Below, one piece after another: positions 18,967 through 26,579 of a DNA stretch of 42,748 nt. Every line of letters begins with the position of its first letter. Position 1 is the stretch's first letter. The notes under the pieces were generated by a model, which was not told the origin of the DNA, made no database searches, and was given only the letters and a program-made list of their open reading frames with translations. Where the stretch lies: the NCBI GenBank assembly GCA_028714515.1, contig JAQTMF010000001.1, forward strand, positions 1 through 42,748, written 5' to 3'. Both the position numbers and the translations under genes were made by a program. This DNA is from Chthoniobacteraceae bacterium (lineage in GTDB: Bacteria > Verrucomicrobiota > Verrucomicrobiia > Chthoniobacterales > Chthoniobacteraceae).

Positions 18967-20061
18967 ATGCGGTTTGCGAAAACAAGAACTTCAGTGCACA
19001 GCACATCGAATCCGAACACGGTGAATATCGGATACGGGGCTACGGTCGATTGTGCGATATTGGTGGCCGCACAGGAGTTGGGGCTTTTCCATAAGTATGG
19101 GCTGAAGGTCCATCTCTCACGGGAGGTCGGCTGGACGACGATCCGCGAGAAGTTGGTGCATGGCGAGCTGAACCTGGCCGCCACGCACGCAAGCATGCTC
19201 TTTTCCATCTATTGCGGGTTGGGTGGGATGGTCCGTCGCCCGTGCCTTTCAGCCATGCTGTTGGGCCGCAATGGCAGCGGTATTACACTTACTAGTGATC
19301 TGTGGCGTCGAGGGGTGCGCGACGCGGCTTCGCTGGCCAAGTTGATCGGAGATGACCAGGCACCCAGGCACTTCACCTTTGGCGTGGTGCATGAGCTCTC
19401 TTCGCAGAATCTGAACCTGCGCACTTGGCTGCGCGGCGGCGGCATCGATCCCGACCGCGACGTGCGCATTGTGGTGATCCCTTCGGCTCTGATGCCCACG
19501 ATGATGACCGCCGGGTACCTGGATGGCTATTGTGTGGCCGAGCCGTGGAACTCGGCGGCCTTACGGCGCGGCAACGGCTGGATTGCGGCGGCGACTAGCG
19601 AGGTCAGCCCGAACCACCCCGAGAAATTACTGCTGGCGTTGCAGGACTTTGCCGACAAGCGCGAGGACGAACACCTCCGCATCATCGCCGCGATGATCGA
19701 GGCGAGCCTCTTCTGTGACCAGCCGGGCAACCGTGCAGAACTCGCCCGCATGCTTGCCAACCCCAATTACTTCGACACGGACAAAGCATTGCTGACCAAG
19801 GCGCTCAAGTGGCAGTTCGAAATGGGCCACAGCCGTCCCGCCATTCAGCATTTCGTGGTCTACGATGCCTTGAAGGTCGGCGCGCCCACCCATGCCATTG
19901 GCAAGTGGGTATACGAGTTGGTGCGCGAGCTTAGCGGCAACGACTGCACGCCGGCGCTGCGCAGCGAGATCATCCCCACGCTCTTCCGGGAGGACCTTTT
20001 TCATAAAGCCGCAAGCTTATTGAATCGGGCAGACAACAACGCACCCGCCTTGTGCGTGTGA
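18967..20061 (+). CDS. NrtA/SsuA/NasS-type (NMT1-like) solute-binding protein with no signal peptide; probable cytoplasmic sensor
   Basis: VNIGYGATVDCAILVAAQELGLFHKYGLKVHLSREVGWTTIREKLVHGELNLAATHASM matches the NrtA/NasS N-terminal pattern (IGfipLtDCAPl..A.e.GfF...GL.V.L..e.sW..irD.l..GelD.Ah). No hydrophobic N-terminal segment. 40 nt upstream of urtA. Confidence 0.75.
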   Translation: MRFAKTRTSVHSTSNPNTVNIGYGATVDCAILVAAQELGLFHKYGLKVHLSREVGWTTIREKLVHGELNLAATHASMLFSIYCGLGGMVRRPCLSAMLLGRNGSGITLTSDLWRRGVRDAASLAKLIGDDQAPRHFTFGVVHELSSQNLNLRTWLRGGGIDPDRDVRIVVIPSALMPTMMTAGYLDGYCVAEPWNSAALRRGNGWIAAATSEVSPNHPEKLLLALQDFADKREDEHLRIIAAMIEASLFCDQPGNRAELARMLANPNYFDTDKALLTKALKWQFEMGHSRPAIQHFVVYDALKVGAPTHAIGKWVYELVRELSGNDCTPALRSEIIPTLFREDLFHKAASLLNRADNNAPALCV

Positions 20062-20101
20062 AGATAGAGACAACAACATCAATCCAACCAAAAAAATACC
20101 A

Positions 20102-21352
20102 ATGAAAAAAACCAAGCCGAAGCACTTGTTGCATCGCAAAGCATCGGGAATCGTTGCTGCAATCGCCGCCGCCGGATTTCTGGCGGGTAGCGTTTTCGCC
20201 GCCGATTATCCAACCTCCAAAATTAACACCACAGGCATGGCCATAACGGATGACACCGTTACCGTCGGCGACTTGCATTCCGCCACGGGAACCATGGCCA
20301 TCAGCGAAGCCGGTTCCATCGAGGCCGAACAGTTGGCCATCGACCAGATCAACGCGGCGGGCGGTGTGCTTGGGCGGAAGATCAAGGTGATCGTCGAAGA
20401 TGGTGCCAGCGACTGGCCCACCTACGCCGAGAAATCCAAGAAGCTCCTCGAACAGGATCATGTGGCCGCAGTGTTCGGTTGCTGGACCTCGGCCTCGCGT
20501 AAAGCGGTGCTCCCTATCTTCGAGCGCGACAACGGGCTGCTCTATTACCCGACCTTCTACGAGGGCCTGGAGCAATCCCACAACATCTTCTACGAGGGCC
20601 AGGAAGCTACCCAGCAAATCCTTTCGGGTCTGGAGTGGCTGGCCAAGACGAAGAAATGCAAAACATTCTACCTGATCGGCTCCGACTACATCTGGCCGCG
20701 CACCTCGCACAAGATCGCGCGCAAATACATTGAGAACGTGCTGCACGGCACCGTGGTGGGCGAGGAATACTATCCGCTCGGCTCCACACAGTTCGGCTCG
20801 CTCATCAACAAGATCAAGCTGAAAAAGCCCGACGCGATCTATCCTATCGTCGTGGGCGGAAGCAACGTGGCCTTCTACAAGCAACTGCACGCGGCGGGCC
20901 TCAATGGCAAGAACACCACCCTCTTGACCAACTCGGTCACCGAGGATGAGGCGCTGGGAATTGGCGGTGAAAACATCGCCGGGTTCTTCTCCGCCTGCAA
21001 ATACTTCCAAGGCCTCGACAACCCGAACAACAAAAAGTTCGTGGCGGCATTCAAAGCCAAATATGGACAGAACTCGGTCATCGGCGACGTGACCCAAGCG
21101 GCCTACGAAGGGCCCTGGCTCTGGAAAATGGCGGTCGAGAAAGCCGGCAGCTTCGACGTAGACAAAGTCGTGGCCGCATCCAGTGGCATCGAGTTCAAAG
21201 ACGCGCCCGAAGGCAGCGTTCGCATCCACGACACCAACCACCACCTGTGGAGCAAGCTGCGGATTGGCGAATGGCAGAACGACGGCCAAGCGAAGGTTGT
21301 CTACGAATCCGAGCTCATCGAACCCAACCCGTTCCCGAAGGGCTACCAATAA
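20102..21352 (+). CDS. urtA: urea/short-chain-amide ABC transporter substrate-binding protein (UrtA/FmdD family)
   Basis: Signal peptide GIVAAIAAAGFLAGSVFA. TVTVGDLHSATGTMAISE...QLAIDQINAAGGVLGRKIK...FGCWTSASRKAVLP is typical of UrtA/LivJ-type proteins. Confidence 0.85.
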   Translation: MKKTKPKHLLHRKASGIVAAIAAAGFLAGSVFAADYPTSKINTTGMAITDDTVTVGDLHSATGTMAISEAGSIEAEQLAIDQINAAGGVLGRKIKVIVEDGASDWPTYAEKSKKLLEQDHVAAVFGCWTSASRKAVLPIFERDNGLLYYPTFYEGLEQSHNIFYEGQEATQQILSGLEWLAKTKKCKTFYLIGSDYIWPRTSHKIARKYIENVLHGTVVGEEYYPLGSTQFGSLINKIKLKKPDAIYPIVVGGSNVAFYKQLHAAGLNGKNTTLLTNSVTEDEALGIGGENIAGFFSACKYFQGLDNPNNKKFVAAFKAKYGQNSVIGDVTQAAYEGPWLWKMAVEKAGSFDVDKVVAASSGIEFKDAPEGSVRIHDTNHHLWSKLRIGEWQNDGQAKVVYESELIEPNPFPKGYQ

Positions 21353-21446
21353 TCTGACAGACCCCAACCGGGTGGCGCGCGAGGGGGCGCGCCATTCGGG
21401 AGGGTTCAGGTTCCAAAAAAACTCACCCCCCAAACTCCTACTAACT

Positions 21447-22367
21447 ATGACTTATTCACCATCGGAATTGTGGTCCATCTTTGTGATGCAAGGATTCTCG
21501 GGCCTCAGTCTCTTCAGTGTCCTTTTGCTCATGGCGCTGGGCATGTCGATCATCTTTGGCCAAATGGGCGTCATCAATATGGCCCACGGTGAATTTATGG
21601 CGCTGGGCTCCTACACGGTCTACCTCTGCTCGCAGATGGTCGAAAAATTCTGTCCGGCGCTCATGCCTTATTACTTCGTAGTCGCCATCGTCCTTGCCTT
21701 TTTCGTGACGGCCATTTTCGGCTTATTTATCGAGTTTTCACTCATTCGATTTCTTTACAAAAGACCCACCGATTCCCTGCTCGCCACGTGGGGTTTGAGC
21801 CTGATGATGCAACAAATGTGCCGGTCGATCTTCGGCGCACGCGAAGTCACCCCGACCCTGCCGGAATGGCTGATGGGGTCCTTCAATGTCACCTCCACCA
21901 TTCAAATCCCCATCAACGGCGTTTTCGTGCTCGGCCTCGCGGTGGTGATGACGCTCTTTGTCTGGGGCTTCCACTATAAGACGCGGATGGGCCTCAATAT
22001 GCGCGCCACGGTGCAGAACCGCATTATGAGCGGCGCGGCAGGCATCAATACCAAGCTGGTGGACCGCTTTACCTTCAGTCTCGGCTGTGGCATCGCCGGT
22101 GTGGCGGGCGCGGCCTTCACCACCATTGGTTCCACCGGTCCCGATAGCGGTTCGCGCTACATCGTCGACACCTTCCTGGTCGTTGTCTTCGGCGGCATCG
22201 GCAAGCTGGTCGGTACCATTGCCTCAGCCTTCTCTATAGCCCAGGGCCAATCGCTTGCCGAGTTCTTTCTGGAAGGCACGATGGGCAAAGTCACCATCCT
22301 GGCCATCGTCATCGCCATCCTGATGGTTCGCCCGCAGGGTCTATTTGCCAACAAAGTGAGAAGCTAG
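21447..22367 (+). CDS. urtB: urea/amide ABC transporter permease (UrtB / LivH-type)
   Basis: Polytopic. LLMALGMSIIFGQMGVINMAHGEFMALGSY is the LivH/UrtB signature. ATG at 21447; the track ORF from 21183 overlaps urtA and is non-hydrophobic. Confidence 0.85.
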   Translation: MTYSPSELWSIFVMQGFSGLSLFSVLLLMALGMSIIFGQMGVINMAHGEFMALGSYTVYLCSQMVEKFCPALMPYYFVVAIVLAFFVTAIFGLFIEFSLIRFLYKRPTDSLLATWGLSLMMQQMCRSIFGAREVTPTLPEWLMGSFNVTSTIQIPINGVFVLGLAVVMTLFVWGFHYKTRMGLNMRATVQNRIMSGAAGINTKLVDRFTFSLGCGIAGVAGAAFTTIGSTGPDSGSRYIVDTFLVVVFGGIGKLVGTIASAFSIAQGQSLAEFFLEGTMGKVTILAIVIAILMVRPQGLFANKVRS

Positions 22368-22388
22368 TCGCCTTACTCTATTATACTT

Positions 22389-23540
22389 ATGGATAAGACA
22401 TTCTTGAAATATTTCGACGGGAAAGAAGGCCTTTACAAGCTCCTGGCGCTCGCGGCTGTGTTGCTAGTGTTCTTTCCGATCGTCCTCAATAACTTCTGGA
22501 TCAACATTGTCGGCAAATACCTTACGTTCGGTTTCGCTGCGCTCGGGTTGGCGCTCCTTTGGGGAAAGTCCGGGGTATTGAGCCTCGGTCAAGGCCTCTT
22601 CTTCGGCCTAGGCGGCTACTGTATGGCGATGTTCCTCAAGCTGGAAGCTTCCGATCCGATCAGCACGAAGATCCAGTCCACGCCTGGCATCCCGGACTTT
22701 ATGGACTGGAACCAGTTGACACACTTGCCTGCGTTATGGATACCGTTCAAGAGCCTGCCTTTCACCTTGTTTGCCGTGGTGGCTGTCCCGGCGCTCGTCG
22801 CTTTCATCATTGGCCTCGCCATGTTCAAACGCCGTGTGGGCGGCGTCTATTTCGCCATTATCACTCAGGCCATGGCGCTGATCTTCTCGTTGGGGATCGA
22901 TGCCAACCAGGGCTTAACCGGCGGACGCAACGGCATCACGGACTTGAAAACGATGTGGGGATGGGACATTCGGACGCATTCGGCACAGTACATTCTCTAC
23001 TTCACCACGTGCGTGTTGCTGCTCCTCTCCGTGTTCCTGCTGCAATGGCTGCTCTCGGGCAAGATGGGCAAAATGCTCCCGGCCATGTGCGAACGGGAAG
23101 ACCGGGTGCGCTTCACTGGCTACGATGTGGCCTTCTTCAAGGTGTTCGTATTCTGCGTGGCCGCGGCGTTGAGCGGCATCGGCGGGGCGCTCTTCGTATT
23201 GCAGGTCGGGTTTATGGCCCCGTCGATGGTGGGAATTGTCCCCTCGGTGGAGATTGTCATCTTCGCTGCGGTGGGCGGACGCGCCTCGCTTTACGGGGTC
23301 ATCTTCGGCGCGATGCTGGTGAATGCCGGCAAGAGCCTTTTCTCCGTAAGCTTCCCGCAAGCGTGGCTCTTCGCCATGGGCGGCTTGCTTATCGCGGTGG
23401 TGATCCTTTTCCCGAACGGTCTCGCGGGCGGCTGGGATTACCTCGCGCAGAAGGCGTGGCCGTGGCTGCTCGGCAAATTCAAATCCGAATCTGAGGTCGA
23501 AGAAATTGAGGACACGGCACCAAAAGGAGAAAAACTATGA
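22389..23540 (+). CDS. urtC: urea/amide ABC transporter permease (UrtC / LivM-type)
   Basis: Polytopic. WGKSGVLSLGQGLFFGLGGYCMAM and GGRNGITD are LivM/UrtC-type motifs. The stop overlaps the urtD start (ATGA). Confidence 0.85.
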   Translation: MDKTFLKYFDGKEGLYKLLALAAVLLVFFPIVLNNFWINIVGKYLTFGFAALGLALLWGKSGVLSLGQGLFFGLGGYCMAMFLKLEASDPISTKIQSTPGIPDFMDWNQLTHLPALWIPFKSLPFTLFAVVAVPALVAFIIGLAMFKRRVGGVYFAIITQAMALIFSLGIDANQGLTGGRNGITDLKTMWGWDIRTHSAQYILYFTTCVLLLLSVFLLQWLLSGKMGKMLPAMCEREDRVRFTGYDVAFFKVFVFCVAAALSGIGGALFVLQVGFMAPSMVGIVPSVEIVIFAAVGGRASLYGVIFGAMLVNAGKSLFSVSFPQAWLFAMGGLLIAVVILFPNGLAGGWDYLAQKAWPWLLGKFKSESEVEEIEDTAPKGEKL

Positions 23541-24283
23541 GCGCGAGTAATGACTTCATTTTGTCCATTGAGGATCTGACGGTCTCTTTTGACGGATTCA
23601 AAGCGGTGGACTCCCTGAACCTCTACATCAAAAAGGACGAACTGCGGGTGATCATCGGCCCCAATGGGGCGGGCAAGACAACGCTGCTCGATATGATCTG
23701 CGGCAAGACGCGCCCAACGGCTGGGAGCATCATGTTCCGCGACCAAGAGTTGATCGGGATGCCGGAATACAAAATCGTCCGAACCGGCGTCGGCCGGAAG
23801 TTTCAAACGCCATCGATCTACGAAAACCTGACGGTGTTTGAAAACCTGGAGGTGTCCTACCCCACGGGGCTTAGTGTGATGGGTTGCTTGACCTTTAAGC
23901 GGACCCCGGAGGTGATCGAGCGCATCCACAAGGTCGCCGAAGAGATTGACCTCAAAGAATACCTGGACGTGGAGGGCGCGTTCCTCAGCCACGGGCAGAA
24001 GCAGTGGCTGGAGATCGGGATGCTGCTGATGCAGGACTCCGAACTCCTGATGCTCGACGAACCGGTGGCCGGCATGAGCCAGTTGGAGAGGGAACGGACC
24101 GCCGAGCTCATCAAGCGGATCTGCAAGGGACGCAGCATCATCGTCATTGAGCACGACATGGAGTTCGTTTCGCGCATCGCCGATAAAGTCACCGTGCTCC
24201 ACCTCGGCAAACTCTTGGCGGAGGGCAGCATGGCCGACATTCGCAACAACCCAAAAGTCATCGAAGTCTACCTGGGACACTAA
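23537..24283 (+). CDS. urtD: urea/amide ABC transporter ATP-binding protein (UrtD / LivG-type)
   Basis: Walker A GPNGAGKTT, signature LSHGQKQWLEIG, Walker B LLMLDEP. Confidence 0.88.
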   Translation: MSASNDFILSIEDLTVSFDGFKAVDSLNLYIKKDELRVIIGPNGAGKTTLLDMICGKTRPTAGSIMFRDQELIGMPEYKIVRTGVGRKFQTPSIYENLTVFENLEVSYPTGLSVMGCLTFKRTPEVIERIHKVAEEIDLKEYLDVEGAFLSHGQKQWLEIGMLLMQDSELLMLDEPVAGMSQLERERTAELIKRICKGRSIIVIEHDMEFVSRIADKVTVLHLGKLLAEGSMADIRNNPKVIEVYLGH

Positions 24284-24285
24284 CT

Positions 24286-24975
24286 ATGCTTACCATTGAT
24301 CATCTCGAAGTCGGTTACGGTCAGAGCCGCGTGATCGGCGATATGAACTTCACACTCGGGAACGAGGAAATTCTCGCCATCATGGGCCGCAACGGCATGG
24401 GCAAGACGACCCTGCTCAAGTCGATCATCGGCATCCTTGCAAGCTCCTCAGGCTCCATCAAGCTCGGGGAGCAGGACCTGGCCGGCTACCCCTCTTACGA
24501 GCGAGTTCGGCGCGGCCTCGCCTTTGTGCCTCAGGGGCGTATGATTTTCCCGACCCTGACCGTAACCGAGAACATTCTCACCGGGGCGCGCGGAACGGTC
24601 CCCGATAGCTTCTGGGAGGAAATCTACTCGCTTTTCCCGATCCTGCGCGACATGCGCAACCGGAAGGGAGGCAACCTCTCCGGCGGCCAGCAACAGCAAC
24701 TCGCCATTGCCCGCGCACTCGTCAGCAACCCGGAGGTGCTTCTCCTGGATGAACCCACCGAGGGCATCCAGCCCTCCATCATCAAAGACATCGCCCGTGC
24801 GCTCAAGGACATCCGCTCCATCCGCAAAATCGCCATCATCGTCAGTGAACAGGTGGTGAGCTTCATGATGGATGTCTGCGACCGGGCCTTTGTGATCGAG
24901 CGTGGAAGCTTCATCCACGAGGCACCGAGGTCATCGCTCGACGCAGACAGAGTCAAACAACTCCTGGCCGTCTAG
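24286..24975 (+). CDS. urtE: urea/amide ABC transporter ATP-binding protein (UrtE / LivF-type)
   Basis: Walker [10 protein letters not shown], signature [15 protein letters not shown], Walker [10 protein letters not shown]. Starts 2 nt after the urtD stop. Confidence 0.88.
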   Translation: MLTIDHLEVGYGQSRVIGDMNFTLGNEEILAIMGRNGMGKTTLLKSIIGILASSSGSIKLGEQDLAGYPSYERVRRGLAFVPQGRMIFPTLTVTENILTGARGTVPDSFWEEIYSLFPILRDMRNRKGGNLSGGQQQQLAIARALVSNPEVLLLDEPTEGIQPSIIKDIARALKDIRSIRKIAIIVSEQVVSFMMDVCDRAFVIERGSFIHEAPRSSLDADRVKQLLAV

Positions 24976-24985
24976 GCCGCAACCC

Positions 24986-25012
24986 TTTTCTCGCCGAACA
25001 TCGGCGAGAAAA
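24986..25012 (+). other. intercistronic stem-loop between urtE and amiF (11-bp perfect stem, 5-nt loop, no U-tract)
   Basis: TTTTCTCGCCG-aacat-CGGCGAGAAAA, 11 nt after the urtE stop and 35 nt before the amiF ATG. Confidence 0.5.
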
Positions 25013-25046
25013 AACCAACAATCAACAACTAAACACATCTAAAACT

Positions 25047-26057
25047 ATGGGAAGTACAGGAAGCGTTAGTGCATGGGAGGAAGCCCTCCTCGTCGCAATG
25101 ATTCAATATCCCGTTCCCGTCATTAAGGGACCGGAAGACATCGCCGTACAGGTGAAACAAATCTGCAAGGCGGTCGACAATACCAAAGCCGGTTATCCCG
25201 ACCTCGACCTGATTGTGATGCCGGAGTACTCCACCCAGGGGCTCAACACCGCCATTTGGACCTACGACGAAATGCTGCTCACCATAGACAGCCCTGAAAT
25301 CGGAGAATTCAAGAAGGCGTGTATTCGCAACAAAGTCTGGGGCGTATTCTCGCTCATGGAAAAGAACGAGGACCCCAAAAAGGCGCCCTACAACACCGCC
25401 ATCATCATCAACTCCGACGGTGAAATCGCGCTCCACTACCGCAAGCTGCAGCCGTGGGTTCCGATCGAACCGTGGTCGCCGGGCAACTACGGCATGCCGG
25501 TTTGTGACGGGCCGAAAGGCTCCAAGCTCGCGGTTTGTATTTGCCACGACGGCATGTTCCCCGAGCTTGCCCGCGAAGCGGCCTACAAGGGTTGCAACGT
25601 CTACATCCGCATCTCCGGCTACTCCACGCAGGTCAACGACCAGTGGATATGGACCAACCGGACCAACGCCTGGCAGAACCTGATGTACACCATATCGGTC
25701 AATTTGGCCGGCTACGATGGCGTCTTCTACTACTTTGGCGAAGGCACCGTATGCAACTACGACGGCAACGTCATCCAGCAAGGACAGCGCAATCCGTGGG
25801 AGATCGTCACCGCCGAGCTCTTCCCCCGCCTCGTGGACAAAGCTCGCGAGAACTGGGCGCTCGAAAACAACATTTTCAACCTCGGCTGCCGCGCCTACGT
25901 CGGCAAACCGGGCGGAGAAAAGGCGAACTATCTGACCTGGGTTCGCGACCTGGCGGCGGGCGAGTACAAGCTGCCCTGGGACGACAAAATCAAAATTCGC
26001 GACGGATGGAAATACTATCCCGAAGGCGTCAAGCTCGGACCTCTGCCGAAGGCCTAG
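25047..26057 (+). CDS. amiF: formamidase, nitrilase-superfamily aliphatic amidase of the AmiF type
   Basis: 336 aa. From memory it is near-colinear with Helicobacter pylori AmiF: MGS.GS...[24 protein letters not shown]...[90 protein letters not shown]. Glu/Lys/Cys triad context present (PEYS, YRKL, CICHDG). Confidence 0.9.
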   Translation: MGSTGSVSAWEEALLVAMIQYPVPVIKGPEDIAVQVKQICKAVDNTKAGYPDLDLIVMPEYSTQGLNTAIWTYDEMLLTIDSPEIGEFKKACIRNKVWGVFSLMEKNEDPKKAPYNTAIIINSDGEIALHYRKLQPWVPIEPWSPGNYGMPVCDGPKGSKLAVCICHDGMFPELAREAAYKGCNVYIRISGYSTQVNDQWIWTNRTNAWQNLMYTISVNLAGYDGVFYYFGEGTVCNYDGNVIQQGQRNPWEIVTAELFPRLVDKARENWALENNIFNLGCRAYVGKPGGEKANYLTWVRDLAAGEYKLPWDDKIKIRDGWKYYPEGVKLGPLPKA

Positions 26058-26090
26058 TCTTCTCGCATAGTTCGTGTTTGCTCAATGCAG

Positions 26091-26118
26091 GGAGCCCCAT
26101 CAAGGGGCTCCTTTTTTT
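26091..26118 (+). terminator. rho-independent terminator of the amide operon
   Basis: GGAGCCCC-atcaa-GGGGCTCC followed by TTTTTTT, 34 nt after the amiF stop. Confidence 0.85.
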
Positions 26119-26332
26119 GGTGCCAACGCGAAGCCCACGCTGCCCGTCAGAAGTTCTTGGCGAACCTCCAGCACCATTCGATGAAGAACGCTCGCCATGC
26201 ATTCAATTCTTTCGAAAAAGCTCTCTGTAGGTTGCATGAGCAGTCCCCGGAATGTCAAAACCGGCTAAGAAGTGGCTAAGCAAGATTTTCCCTAAGTCGT
26301 AAAACTTGTGTAAATCCCTATCGCTGAGGGAC

Positions 26333-26405
<73 letters not shown>

Positions 26406-26579
26406 GTGTTTTCCGAAGCAGGCCCATGCCAATTCATGGATCGGGCAGCACGCAAGAATGGCCGGACTTCGTGCTTTTCGCAAGCTTAATACACGCGCGT
26501 GCGAACGGTCCGTACGCCGAAATCGTTCTCGCTATAAGATGTTGTATACTAGGAACATACGCGTCTTCTTGCCGGCTCC

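Noticed and set aside
26100-26237. 45-aa minus-strand ORF (MQPTESFFERIECMASVLHRMVLEVRQELLTGSVGFALAPKKGAP) between tRNA-Thr and amiF, where an integrase remnant might be expected
   Set aside because: It has no SD and no recognisable integrase or regulator motif. Its 3' end runs through the amiF terminator hairpin. It is too short to judge and is best treated as noise unless tblastn finds homologues.
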